Virus record (IMG/VR): IMGVR_UViG_3300020044_000836
Location: 1-24,809 of that record
DNA: 24,809 nt
DNA from: a virus
Lineage: Duplodnaviria > Caudoviricetes
Strand: one strand, 5' to 3'
The notes beneath the pieces were generated by a model. That model did not search any database, had not been told where the DNA came from, and saw nothing but the letters and a program-made list of their open reading frames with translations. The translations under genes and the position numbers were made by a program. Positions 8,274-19,500 of this stretch are shown piece by piece (within the stretch, counting starts at the first letter, position 1; every line of letters begins with the position of its first letter).

Positions 8274-10109
8274 ATGGCAACCAATAGAAAAATAACTGTA
8301 GCCGAACTAGACTTCGATGCTATTAAAAACAACTTAAAAGAGTTTTTAAAGGGACAGACAGAATTTCAAGATTATGATTTTGAAGGTTCTGCGATGTCGG
8401 TTTTATTAGATGTCCTTGCATACAATACGCATTATAATGCGTTGTACAATAACATGACAGTTAATGAAATGTTTTTGGACTCTGCAAGAAAAAGAAACAG
8501 TGTAGTATCATTATCTAAGATGCTTGGATATACTCCAAGATCATCTACTTGTGCAACTGCCACTGTAAATATTGTTGTTTCTGGAGGTAACTCTTCTCCA
8601 GCCAATTTAACCATTCCAGCATATAGTCAGTTCACAACTGTAGTAGATGGAAATGGATTAACATTTTATAATACTGGTTCTTTAACTACAGTAAGAGTTG
8701 GTAACACTTATACATTCACTGGTGTTACTTTAACTGAAGGTACACCTATTACTAATAGATTTACAGTTTCTGCTAACTCTCGATATGTTATACCAAACTC
8801 AGATGTTGATTTAAGTACACTACAAGTTAAAATACAAGAAAGCGCACAGTCTTCTGTTTTTGAAGCATTTTCAAAATCTGATAGTATTGTTAATGCTACA
8901 TCTGAATCAAAGGTTTATTGGACTAAAGAAATTGATGATGGTTTGTATGAAGTTACCTTCGGTGATAATATCATAGGTAGAGAACTACATATTGGTAATG
9001 TTGTTCATTTAGACTATTTTGTTTCTTCTAAAGAAATTGCAAATGGTGCCAGAGTATTCACATATAATGGAAATACTCTTATTACTGGTGCAACTGTTAC
9101 TATTACTACAACTTCCCCTGCATCAAATGGTGATGATAAAGAATCATTAGATAGCATTAGATTTAATGCTCCAAAATTTTATGCTGCTCAGAATCGAGCA
9201 GTGACCCCAGATGATTACAAAGCACTAATATACGCTAATGTACCAGAAGCAAAATCTGTTGCTGTTTGGGGTGGTGAGGATAATAACCCACCTGTGTATG
9301 GTAAAACATTTATATGTATTAGACCAAAAGACGCAACTAAGTTAACGACAGTTCAAAAAGCTGCGATTACCTCTAGTATTTTGCAAACAAGAAATGTGGT
9401 TTCAGTTATTCCTGAGATTGTTGATCCAGAATATCTCAATATCGCATTAAATGTTACTGTATACTATAACCCGCAAAATACTAATAGAACTGCTTCTGAA
9501 ATTGCTAGTATCGTGCAGTCTGCCATTATAGCATATGATTCAGAAGACCTTCAAGTTTTTGATGGTGTTTTTAGATTCTCTAAATTATCAAGAATCATTG
9601 ATGCTGCTGAACCTTCAATTGTAAATAACATAACTACGGTATTAATTAGAAGACAGTTAACACCAAGATATAACACTAGTGCTCAATATATTTTAAATAT
9701 TATTAATCCAATATATTCTGACGGACAGGGTAATGGTGGTTCATTTACTACAACAGGATTCTTTATTGCTGGTAGTGATGAGATTCATTATCTGAATGAC
9801 GATGGTTTGGGTTATGTGAGATTGTTTAGATATGGACCAAATGGTATCAAGATATATGTAGATCCGCAGATTGGAACTGTAGATTATGATAATGGCGTTG
9901 TTGATATTCGCAACCTCCATATTACTGCTTTGGCTGATGTTGATTTAGAAGTTTCTATTAAACCCCAGTCAAATGATGTGGTATCAGCATTAACTCAGAT
10001 TGCTCAACTTGCTGAAGACCATTTATATGTAACTGCGATACCTGATCCAACTTCAACTGGCGACCTTCGTGGTGGATACAATTACAAATTTACAACTAGT
10101 AGATCATAA
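8274..10109 (+). CDS. gp6: Baseplate wedge subunit gp6
   Basis: LDFDAIKNNLKEFL..Q.EF.DYDFEGS.MSVLLDVLAYNTHY, EMFLDSA..R.SVVS, FGDNIIG, ESLDSIRFNAP..YAAQNRAVT.DDY, WGGE, GTVDY. Confidence 0.95.
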   Translation: MATNRKITVAELDFDAIKNNLKEFLKGQTEFQDYDFEGSAMSVLLDVLAYNTHYNALYNNMTVNEMFLDSARKRNSVVSLSKMLGYTPRSSTCATATVNIVVSGGNSSPANLTIPAYSQFTTVVDGNGLTFYNTGSLTTVRVGNTYTFTGVTLTEGTPITNRFTVSANSRYVIPNSDVDLSTLQVKIQESAQSSVFEAFSKSDSIVNATSESKVYWTKEIDDGLYEVTFGDNIIGRELHIGNVVHLDYFVSSKEIANGARVFTYNGNTLITGATVTITTTSPASNGDDKESLDSIRFNAPKFYAAQNRAVTPDDYKALIYANVPEAKSVAVWGGEDNNPPVYGKTFICIRPKDATKLTTVQKAAITSSILQTRNVVSVIPEIVDPEYLNIALNVTVYYNPQNTNRTASEIASIVQSAIIAYDSEDLQVFDGVFRFSKLSRIIDAAEPSIVNNITTVLIRRQLTPRYNTSAQYILNIINPIYSDGQGNGGSFTTTGFFIAGSDEIHYLNDDGLGYVRLFRYGPNGIKIYVDPQIGTVDYDNGVVDIRNLHITALADVDLEVSIKPQSNDVVSALTQIAQLAEDHLYVTAIPDPTSTGDLRGGYNYKFTTSRS

Positions 10110-13100
10110 TGTCAACATTGCTTTCTAGACCAAAGATATCTTCTTTAGTAAAATCTCAGTTACCTGAGTTTATTAGAGAAGATTATCAGACATTTATTGC
10201 CTTTTTAGAGGCATACTATCAATATATTGAAGAAAATGAAGTAGATTTAAAAACTCTTAGAGATTTAGATAATACTTTAGAGGAATATATTCGCTATTTC
10301 AAGTCTGAGTTGGCAAGTAATATACCACTAACAACGGTAGATAGTAAATTTTTATTACAACATATAAAAGAACAATATAATGCAAAGGGGTCTGAAGCCT
10401 CTTTTAAATTATTGTTTAGAATTCTTTTTAATAAAGATGTCGCAATTGAATATCCATCCAAGCAGGTTTTAAGAGCATCAGACGGAAGATACAATCAAGA
10501 TAACTCTTTATTTGCTCGTATCCTAACAGGAAACCCGCAAGATCCAGTAGGAAAATTAGTTGATGTTATTACGCCAACTAAAACTATTCGTGTTCTTGTA
10601 GATAGAAGACAAGATGTTGAGATTGAAGTTGATCGAGCAATTCGAGTATCAGAGGATATATACGAATATTTAATTGATAGAAGATTCTTTGGTAACATTT
10701 CTGTTGGCGATAGATTAAGATATCGTGATGATGAAAATGGAATTTATTTTACTGCTGAGATTCTTCCAACTACAGTAGGGCTTGAAGTTTTAACTGCAGG
10801 AACTGGATTTAAAGTTGGTGACATTTATAATATTAAAAACTTTGATGGTACTGGTTCTATTTTAAAAGTTTCTACTGTTAATTCAACAGGTGGAATTTCA
10901 AAAGCCCAATTTATTAAATTTGGAACTGGTTATTCTACAGATTTCACAACTACAATTTCAGCATCTTCAGGACAAGATGTAGCTGGAACTGCTGGAACAG
11001 TTATACAAAGACTTGATACTAATGTCACAAGAGTCACTTTATCTGGCACTCTTGCGGTTACTAACAACTCAACAACAGTAACAGGAACTGGAACTTCATT
11101 CACAGCAGAAGTTGTACCTGGAGATTTAATATTTCTTCCAAATGGTGTATACACAGTAGCCACTGTTCCTAGTCTAACATCATTAACTTTATCTTCTGTT
11201 TATCTTGGAGTGACTGCTTCTGGCATATCAACATATCGAGCAAGAGCGTCTGGTGGTGGTATTGATAAACATACTACTATAAGCATTAGCGAAAAGTTAG
11301 ATGGATTTGCTGAAGTTGGAACATTCAGCAGTGCTGATTATTTTCTTGGAGATACTACATCTACTTTAACTGGAACACTTGCTGTAACCAATGGTAGTTC
11401 TACAGTAACAGGAACAAGCAGTTTATTCACAACACAACTGCAATATGGTGATATTATAACTCTACCAAATGGAACTTATAGATTCGGTAGAGCAGCAAGC
11501 AATACAAGTTTGACATTAGTTGAAGAACCTAGTATAGTTTCTCAGTTAGTCAATTTGGTGAATGGATCAACTACAGTAACACGAGTTACTACTGCGCTAT
11601 GGGGAACAACTTGGGTTGCTAATACCCCAGTGACTCTAAATCAGAAACTATATTATGGTAATAATCTTTATATTGTTACTACAGCAGGAACAACATCTAG
11701 TTCTGCTCCATATGATACTGGAGTGATTACCAATGGATCTGCAGTACTAAGCTGGGTATCCTCTGCAGATATTCCTTGGAATGCTGGAGAGATTGTTGCT
11801 AATGATGTTATTCGTATGCCAGATGGAAATACTTACACAGTAGCATCAAGAAATTCAACTACTTTAACATTAAATACTGCATACACAGGAACTACTGCTA
11901 CTAATCAAATTATTTCTGTGGCTTCTCCAACCAACTATACAGGAACTACTGCTTCTGGTTTAGCATCAGTAGTAGTAAGAAGACCTGGATCTATGGACGG
12001 AACTTATACTGGTTTAGTACTTCGTGAGTTTGGTATTAGTTCTGCAGATTCAACTATAACTGATACAGACCCAGCAATTATTAAAGTTACTCTTGGACCA
12101 TTAGCAAAATATCCAGGATACTATGTAACTAACGATAGTTTCTTGAACGATGCGATCTACATCCAAGACAGTCGTTATTATCAAGCATACTCTTATGTCA
12201 TTAAGATTGACGAAGCATTAGACACTTATAAAACTGTTGTTAAAAATCTAATCCATCCAGCTGGTATGGCGTTGTTTGGAGAGTATGACATTCGTAATGA
12301 ATTTGATATTAGTATGGCATTAGAGTCTCTAGTTAAGATTCTTGCTATTACTGAATCTGATTCAGTGACTATGACTGAGATTGGATATAGTGATACATCT
12401 ACTAGAACTAATCCATCTCTAATTTCTCCAACTAGTGCATTGCTTGCAGGCTCAACAGCAGGTTTCTTAAAATCAATAACCTCTACAACTCTAAACTTTA
12501 ATGGATTTGCAGATGCTGATGGTCAGACTGTTGTTATGGTTGAGACTGGTAATGCTGCAGATTTAACCAGAACTAATCCAGACTTTGATGTAGAAAAACC
12601 AATCAACGATACTGTTGGAAGAAATATTTTAAATGATGGTGTTACAACTGATACATTTTTTGTAACTATGACAGATGGTGGTGATGATCAAACTACCGCA
12701 AGAACTAATCCATCGCTAATTTCTCCAACCAGCGCACTACTTGCAGGCTCAACAGCAGGCTTCATGAAGATGTTGAATTACAACCATCTTATCAATGATG
12801 GTGTTACGGCTGATACTGAACAAGTTTTAATGCTTGATGGTGGAGATAACCAAACATCAACTAGAACTAATCCAGCTTTAGTTGCCCCATCTGGAACATT
12901 AATGCTTGGTTCAGATTCTGGTTTTATGAAGGTACTAAATACCACCACATTAACTCATGCTGGTGCAGTAGACGATAATTCGTTTACTATGACAGATGGT
13001 GGAGATAACCAAACATCAACTAGAGTTAACCCAGCATTAGTTGCTCCATCTGGAACATTATTAGTTGGGTCAGATTCTGGTATTCATAAAGTACTAAATT

Positions 13101-13414
13101 CTGTATCTACTACAAGATATTTAAGCGATGGTATTACTACAGACTCAGATACACAGTCTTTATCTGATACTGATGCTGCCAGCGCATCTGACCTAAATAG
13201 AACGAGACCCGCATTTTCCGTAACATTTAGAACATGGGATTCTACTAATGGAAGTTTAACTCATGTGCTAAATGATGGAGTTACTCTTGATAATGACGCA
13301 GCGCCAGCAGTAGACAGTGGGGGATTCTTTGATATAAACCCATATGCAGAAGCTGGTTACTACCTAAACGATGGTGGTCTATATGTTGGAAACCAAATCA
13401 ATTTCACAGGCTAA
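10109..13414 (+). CDS. gp7: Baseplate wedge initiator gp7-like protein with inserted modules and C-terminal repeats
   Basis: QLPEFIREDY.TF.AFLEAYY, Y.AKGSE.SFKLLFRILF, LRASDG and IQDSRYYQAYSYVIK...VKNLIHPAGMALFGE are typical of the gp6-adjacent wedge protein in cyanophage-like T4 relatives. Confidence 0.72.
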   Translation: MSTLLSRPKISSLVKSQLPEFIREDYQTFIAFLEAYYQYIEENEVDLKTLRDLDNTLEEYIRYFKSELASNIPLTTVDSKFLLQHIKEQYNAKGSEASFKLLFRILFNKDVAIEYPSKQVLRASDGRYNQDNSLFARILTGNPQDPVGKLVDVITPTKTIRVLVDRRQDVEIEVDRAIRVSEDIYEYLIDRRFFGNISVGDRLRYRDDENGIYFTAEILPTTVGLEVLTAGTGFKVGDIYNIKNFDGTGSILKVSTVNSTGGISKAQFIKFGTGYSTDFTTTISASSGQDVAGTAGTVIQRLDTNVTRVTLSGTLAVTNNSTTVTGTGTSFTAEVVPGDLIFLPNGVYTVATVPSLTSLTLSSVYLGVTASGISTYRARASGGGIDKHTTISISEKLDGFAEVGTFSSADYFLGDTTSTLTGTLAVTNGSSTVTGTSSLFTTQLQYGDIITLPNGTYRFGRAASNTSLTLVEEPSIVSQLVNLVNGSTTVTRVTTALWGTTWVANTPVTLNQKLYYGNNLYIVTTAGTTSSSAPYDTGVITNGSAVLSWVSSADIPWNAGEIVANDVIRMPDGNTYTVASRNSTTLTLNTAYTGTTATNQIISVASPTNYTGTTASGLASVVVRRPGSMDGTYTGLVLREFGISSADSTITDTDPAIIKVTLGPLAKYPGYYVTNDSFLNDAIYIQDSRYYQAYSYVIKIDEALDTYKTVVKNLIHPAGMALFGEYDIRNEFDISMALESLVKILAITESDSVTMTEIGYSDTSTRTNPSLISPTSALLAGSTAGFLKSITSTTLNFNGFADADGQTVVMVETGNAADLTRTNPDFDVEKPINDTVGRNILNDGVTTDTFFVTMTDGGDDQTTARTNPSLISPTSALLAGSTAGFMKMLNYNHLINDGVTADTEQVLMLDGGDNQTSTRTNPALVAPSGTLMLGSDSGFMKVLNTTTLTHAGAVDDNSFTMTDGGDNQTSTRVNPALVAPSGTLLVGSDSGIHKVLNSVSTTRYLSDGITTDSDTQSLSDTDAASASDLNRTRPAFSVTFRTWDSTNGSLTHVLNDGVTLDNDAAPAVDSGGFFDINPYAEAGYYLNDGGLYVGNQINFTG
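12353..13320 (+). repeat. Six degenerate ~45-55 aa tandem repeats in the gp7-like C-terminus
   Basis: Units anchored by R(T/V)(N/R)P. RTNPSLISPTSALLAGSTAGF occurs twice and NPALVAPSGTL..GSDSG twice. Exact 30-bp DNA repeat at 12836..12865 and 12995..13024. Confidence 0.9.
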
Positions 13415-13438
13415 ATAGTTTAGCAATTAATAAAGGAG
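13410..13438 (+). promoter_or_regulatory. Putative late promoter (GCTAAATA) and strong ribosome-binding site (AAGGAG)
   Basis: GCTAAATA at 13410..13417 and AAGGAG at 13433..13438, 6 nt before the ATG at 13445. Confidence 0.55.
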
Positions 13439-13444
13439 ATTTTT

Positions 13445-13906
13445 ATGAACAAACAAGAAACAATTGAAAATATTTTCAAGGTTACTGGACAAGTTAATAT
13501 TAAAGTATATGACGCACAAGGTAATCTTAAGGACGAAAGAGATACTCACAATCTAGTAGTTTCTGCTGGAAAAATTTATATTGCAGGTCGTATGCAAGGA
13601 ACTTCTGTTCCGACTGTAATGGGTTGGATGGCTATTGGTACTTCCACAGCAACTCCAGCTGTCGGACAGACACAGTTGACCACTGAAGCAGGTAGAGTAA
13701 CTTTAGCATCATTCACTAATGGTGGTACAGCTGCAGTTACTGCAACTGCTACATTCCCAGCTGGTACTGGTACTGGCGCTATTACTGAAGCAGCTATTTT
13801 TAATGCTGCATCTGCTGGTACAATGCTTTGCCGTACAACTTTCCCAGTTGTTAACAAAGCAGCTGGTGACTCTATTGCTATCACTTGGGTTATTACAGTA
13901 AGCTAA
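13445..13906 (+). CDS. Small virion structural protein resembling tail-collar / fibre attachment (DUF3751-like) domains
   Basis: Pattern HNLVV..G, MAIGT....P...QT.L..E..R, ATFPAG..TGAITEAAIF, MLCRT.FPVVNK resembles baseplate-attachment domains; good RBS. Confidence 0.55.
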   Translation: MNKQETIENIFKVTGQVNIKVYDAQGNLKDERDTHNLVVSAGKIYIAGRMQGTSVPTVMGWMAIGTSTATPAVGQTQLTTEAGRVTLASFTNGGTAAVTATATFPAGTGTGAITEAAIFNAASAGTMLCRTTFPVVNKAAGDSIAITWVITVS

Positions 13907-13921
13907 TTTTTAGGGTTATAA

Positions 13922-16528
13922 ATGCCAACTTCATCTCTATTGAAGTCTGCGTTACACAATTCTGTAGCTGAAGGATTGTATAATGAAATTCAGACTCGCA
14001 CTGCACGATATTATTACTTTCTAGGTAAGACGGTATCGTGGACTACTGATACTAGTCCACCGTATCCTACTGATAGTTTTGCATATGAGTTAGACACTCG
14101 TAATGAAATTATCACTATGAAAGAAATTAAATCTACAGATGTAGCATTCGTCGTTCCTAGAAGAGACTGGACTACTAATACAGTTTATGATATGTTTGAC
14201 GATAGATACAGTGATGAATTACAGGGTATTAATTTAATCTCTGGTGGTTTTGGATACTCAGATCCACCTACAATCACTATCACTGGTGGTGGTGGCACTG
14301 GTGCTGCTGCAGCACCTATTTTATTAGATGGTGTTATAGTTGGTGTTACATTAACTGCAAAAGGATCGGGATATACTTCTACTCCTACTGTTATTATTAG
14401 TGGCGGAGGTGGTGAGGGTGCTACAGCAACTGCAGTTATCAAAAAAGGTTTTTATGGTGCTACATCAGTAGAAGATTCTGAAAGTTATGTCTTGACTGAT
14501 GAGTATCATGTTTACAAATGTCTTGATAATAATAACAACGCATTATCAACATCAAAGCCAATCGGTACTGTTGTAGATCCAGTTATTATGCCAGATGGTT
14601 ACATGTGGAAATATTTGTACAGCATTCCAATTGCTCTTCGTAACAAATTTTTAACTGATGCATATATGCCAGTTATCAACTCTCTTCGTGGGCAGTTTTA
14701 TTCTGGTGGTGAAATTTTAAATGTTATTATTGAATCTGGCGGACAGAATTATACTTTTGCATCTATAACAGTTTCAGGCGATGGATACAGAGAATCTGAT
14801 CCTTTATTACTGACAAGTATATCGTTAAATTCTGGCGGATCAGGGTATGCGTCTGGAGCGACAGTTCTTATAGATCCACCATTTGCTGGTGCTAACACAT
14901 GGGCTGCAGGCAATGGTATTTTACTTGGTCAGATGATTGAGTATAATAATAATCTTTATGAATGCACTAAATCTGGGTCATTAGCTGCACCCGCACCAAC
15001 ACATAGATCTGGACATGTTGCTAACGGAACTTCGACATTATTGTATAAAGGAACTCGTGCTACAGGAACCCCAGTACTATCTGGTGGTGTAATTACAAGC
15101 ATCGCACTAAATGGTAGTGTTTATGAAGTAAACATCACTAATGGTGGATCAGGATATACAACTGCACCAGCAGTTACTGTTAGTGGCGGTGGTGGATCAG
15201 GATTTGTTGGCGCAGTTACTATGCGTGGAACTGCAGTAGCAAAAGTTACAATATCTGATGCAGGTGCGGGATATACTTCTGTTCCAACAGTAACATTTGG
15301 AACAGCTTGGACTAGTGGTGCTACATATACAGTTAACCAACAAATTCGTCATGGAGTCAATTTATATACAGTAACTACTGCTGGAACTGCAGGAACAGTT
15401 GCGCCAACACATATTAGTGGCGCAGTTACTGCTACTGGTGGAACTGCAGTATTTACTTTTGCTGGGCTGGCTGCTACTGGTACTGTAGTATTAAAATATG
15501 GTGCAGGATATTCTTCATTACCTAATGTATCAATCTCTCCAGTTTCTGGTGGTGCAGGAGCATCAGGTTACTTTGTTGGTGTTAAATCAGAAGCAAAATT
15601 AATACCTATTATAGACGCTGGTCAAATTGTTGGCGTCCAGATTGACGATGGTGGTGTTGGATATACATACGCTAACTTAACAGTAACAGGCGATGGCGAT
15701 AATGGTGGAACTAATCCAAATACAGCACTGTTAACTGCAGATTTATCTCCAGGAGATATTGATACCTTACAAGCAAACACAGAACTGTTGACACCAGATG
15801 GTCGTATTATGGCATATCCTGTCATATCTGGTGGATACGGATACGGGACTGCACCAACAGTAACTATTGATGGTGATGGCACTGGTGCTGCAGCTACTGC
15901 TTCTGTTATCAATGGAGCAGTTAGTAAAATAACAGTAACCAACTATGGTTTGGGATATCGTTGGGCAAATGTTACAATAACTGGAACTGGTCAAGGTGCT
16001 ACCGCTAGAGCAGTTCGTGCTCCTTACGGTGGACATGGTAAAGATCCAATTAATGGTATGTTTGCTAGAACTCTAATGTTCTATACTAATATCTCTAAAG
16101 ATGCAAACCAAGGATTTATTGTTAATAACGATTTCCGTCAAATTGGAATTATTAAAAACCCTCGTCGTTTTGGAGACTACGGAAACCTTAAGAGTTCATT
16201 AGCATCAGCTTGTTATGTATTAACTGGCACTGTTAATACATCTCAGTTTTTACCAGACATGACAATATATTTGGGTTCTTTAACTGGTAGAAAATTTAGA
16301 ATTGTTTCTGTCACCAGCACTGGTATGTTAGTTCAGTCTTTAGAAAACGCAGTTCCTACTATCGGCTCTACATTTTTAAATGATTCATCAAATACTTTTG
16401 GTGTTGCTGGAGTCACCGAGCCAACAGCAGATAAATATTCTGGAGATTTGTTGTTCATTGATAACAAACAAGCATTCACCCCTACTGCAGACCAAACAGT
16501 TACTATTAGAACAGTTATTAGGTTCTAA
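13922..16528 (+). CDS. gp8: Baseplate wedge subunit gp8, expanded by about ten GxGY repeats and two inserted modules
   Basis: YYFLGK...W, MKEI...DVAFVVPR.DW...TVYDMFDD, YVLTDEYHVYKCLDNNN...ST.KP, DGYMWKYLYSIP, KFLT..YMPV, GGHG.DP, NDFRQIGIIKNP, SGDLLFIDN. Confidence 0.88.
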   Translation: MPTSSLLKSALHNSVAEGLYNEIQTRTARYYYFLGKTVSWTTDTSPPYPTDSFAYELDTRNEIITMKEIKSTDVAFVVPRRDWTTNTVYDMFDDRYSDELQGINLISGGFGYSDPPTITITGGGGTGAAAAPILLDGVIVGVTLTAKGSGYTSTPTVIISGGGGEGATATAVIKKGFYGATSVEDSESYVLTDEYHVYKCLDNNNNALSTSKPIGTVVDPVIMPDGYMWKYLYSIPIALRNKFLTDAYMPVINSLRGQFYSGGEILNVIIESGGQNYTFASITVSGDGYRESDPLLLTSISLNSGGSGYASGATVLIDPPFAGANTWAAGNGILLGQMIEYNNNLYECTKSGSLAAPAPTHRSGHVANGTSTLLYKGTRATGTPVLSGGVITSIALNGSVYEVNITNGGSGYTTAPAVTVSGGGGSGFVGAVTMRGTAVAKVTISDAGAGYTSVPTVTFGTAWTSGATYTVNQQIRHGVNLYTVTTAGTAGTVAPTHISGAVTATGGTAVFTFAGLAATGTVVLKYGAGYSSLPNVSISPVSGGAGASGYFVGVKSEAKLIPIIDAGQIVGVQIDDGGVGYTYANLTVTGDGDNGGTNPNTALLTADLSPGDIDTLQANTELLTPDGRIMAYPVISGGYGYGTAPTVTIDGDGTGAAATASVINGAVSKITVTNYGLGYRWANVTITGTGQGATARAVRAPYGGHGKDPINGMFARTLMFYTNISKDANQGFIVNNDFRQIGIIKNPRRFGDYGNLKSSLASACYVLTGTVNTSQFLPDMTIYLGSLTGRKFRIVSVTSTGMLVQSLENAVPTIGSTFLNDSSNTFGVAGVTEPTADKYSGDLLFIDNKQAFTPTADQTVTIRTVIRF

Positions 16529-16534
16529 TAAATA
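16527..16534 (+). promoter_or_regulatory. Putative late promoter (AATAAATA)
   Basis: One mismatch to TATAAATA, 25 nt upstream of the ATG at 16560. Confidence 0.55.
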
Positions 16535-16559
16535 AGTAAATAACAAAGAGAAGAGTACA

Positions 16560-19500
16560 ATGATCGATTTTAACACCGAACCGTATAATGATGATTATGA
16601 CGAAGAAAAGAATTTTTATAGAATTCTATTTCGTCCGAGTTTTGCTGTTCAGGCTAGAGAGTTAACACAACTTCAAACGATTCTCCAAAAACAGATTTCT
16701 AGACATGGAGATGCTATTTTTAAACAGGGTGCTATGGTTATCCCTGGACAAGCATCAGTTGAAACTATTGGTCAACTGAGTAAGGGTGCTGATTATGTTA
16801 AACTAACTGCTTCTTACAATGGTGTTGCAGTTGAGACTTTCATCAATAATATTGAAGGTCAAATTATTGTTGGTTCTAGTGGTCTTAAAGCGTTAATTGT
16901 TAAAGTACAAAGCGCAGAAGCGTCTGATCCAACTACTCTTTATGTTCGTTATTTAAATTCTGGTACAAATAATACAACCAAAATCTTCTCAAATTCAGAG
17001 GTATTAACTACTGAAAGTGGTACATATTCTTTCCAAGCACAAACATCTGGCGCTATTGGAAAGGGATCTCTTGCAACAGTTGAAAAGGGTGTTTACTATG
17101 TCAACGAACATTTCGTTCTTGTTGAAAAACAGACTATTGTTCTTGACAAATATAGCAATGTACCTACATATAGAGTGGGCTTGCTTGTTGAAGAAACTGT
17201 AAAAACTCCAGAACAAGATGAGAGTTTATTAGATAATGCTCAAAATAGTTTTAACTTTGCTGCTCCTGGAGCGCATCGTTACTATATTAATTTGACGCTG
17301 ACGAAGAAAAGTATTACTGATACATCCGATCAAGATTTCGTAGAGTTAATTAGAGTAACTGATGGTCTTGTTAAAACTATTGTTGATGAGACTCAATACT
17401 CTAGACTAGCAAAAGAACTTGCTGACAGAACTTATGATGAATCTGGTGACTATACTGTTTCTTCATTTGAAATAGATGTCAGAGAACACAGAAATAATAA
17501 TCGTGGTGCTTGGGCTTCTGGAGTTGCATATTTAATTGGCGATGTAGTCACTAATGGTGCAAATACATATTTCGCTAAAAATTCTGCTACATCAGTGAAT
17601 GTGGCACCTGTTCATACTAGCGGTACTGCTACTGATGGATCGAATGGTGTTACATGGGAATATACTGAAGCACCAGTATACAATCGTGGTATTTACAAAC
17701 CAGAAAATGGTGGGGATGAGACTAAACTTGCTGTAGGATTAGAAGCTGGTAAAGCATATGTTCGTGGGTACGAAATCAAGAAAGATTCTACTACATATGT
17801 TAATGTAGACAAAGCAAGAACATTTGCAAACGCTGTTAATGCAGTTGTACCAGCACCAATTGGCAATTATGTTTTGGTTACCAATGTTAATAATCTTCCT
17901 CCAATTGATACTCTAGATACAATAACATTATACAATAGACCTACTGGTTCTGGCTCTAGAGGTGCAGTTCCACCTAGTTCTTTAATTGTTGGTTATGCTC
18001 GTGCTCGTTTTATGGAATGGCATGATGTTCTTCCGTTTGGTAGCACATCAAAATATAAGCTAGGATTATTTGATGTACAACTAAATCCAGGATACGATTT
18101 TGCTAGAGATGTTAAATCTTTCTACTACAATATTTCTGGTGATCCTAATTTAAGTTTTACTGCTGATGTCGATCCTGTAGATACTACACTAAATCAACCA
18201 CTTGGATCTGTCACTGCAGCAGGAACTACAGTCACTGGTAATGGAACTTCATTCCAATCAGATCTAAGAGCAGGTGACTACATTTCTGTTGCTGGCGCTT
18301 TATATCGTGTTAATTCTATTGCAGGGCAAGGATCTTTAACACTAGATTCATCTCTAACTGCCACAAATGCATCATATGTTTTAGTTAAAACTAAATTATA
18401 TGAAACTCAATATGCAGGTTTAGTATATCCTTTACCTTACAGCGCAGTTCGTTCTATTCGTAATGCTGGTGGAACTAGTGATACATCATTCACTGTATAT
18501 CAGAAATTTACAGCAACTGCTTCTGGAACATCATTGGTTATTTCAACTGCTGGTACATTTGCTTCTGCTTTAGAAACAGATAATTTTATCTGCGTAGATA
18601 ATGATGCTACTGCAGGTGGAACAGTATTTACTCCAACATCAATTTCTATTACTGGATCTAATGCTACTATTACTGTCCCAGCTGGACAGTCAGGTAGATC
18701 TATAACTGTTATTGCAGCAGTTATTAGAAATGGTGGTGGATACGAAAAGACTAAAGTATTAACTACTGTTACTGGGGCATTGTCGACTAATACATTCACA
18801 ACAGCTGCAACTGCACAAGCATCTTCTATTATATTAGAACACGCTGACTTGCACAGAATTATTAGTATTAAAATGGCTCCTACTGTTGCATTTGGTTCAA
18901 CTCCAACCAATGCTCAATATACACAAGATATCTCAGAAAGATTTGAGATTGATAATGGTCAAAGATCTACACATTACGATCTCGCTCGTTTAACATTAAA
19001 GCCATCTTATAGTCCTCCAACTAATCCGTTTAGAGTAGAGTATGAATACTTTGAACATCAATCTGGTGACTATATTGATGTTAACTCTTATTCCAATGTT
19101 GACTACAAAGCAATCCCAGCAAACCTAAGAGATTCTATTGATTTTAGACCAAAGGTTGCTAACAAATCAGTTACTACTAATTGGGAATTTGGAAGAAGAA
19201 CATTTAGTGGAACAGGATCATCTTTATCTGGTTGCCCAAAAAGAGGCGAAGATCTAGAATTAGATTTTAGTTACTATCTTTCTAGAAACGATAAGATTGC
19301 TATCGATCCAAGTGGAAAGTTTTTCTCAGTCAGTGGAGTTCCAGCTGTGACTCCTGGCTCACCAGAAAATCCATCTATTGGAATGACATTATACAATCTT
19401 GGTATTGGCGCATATACTTTTGATACATCATCTACTCAAGTTGTTGTTAACAAAGTTGAAAATAAACGCTATACTATGCGTGATATTGGAAAACTTGAAA

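Noticed and set aside
12401-13081. Direct repeats of about 30 bp resembling a CRISPR array
   Set aside because: They are in-frame protein repeats with synonymous variation and 150-300 bp spacing, and no cas genes are present.
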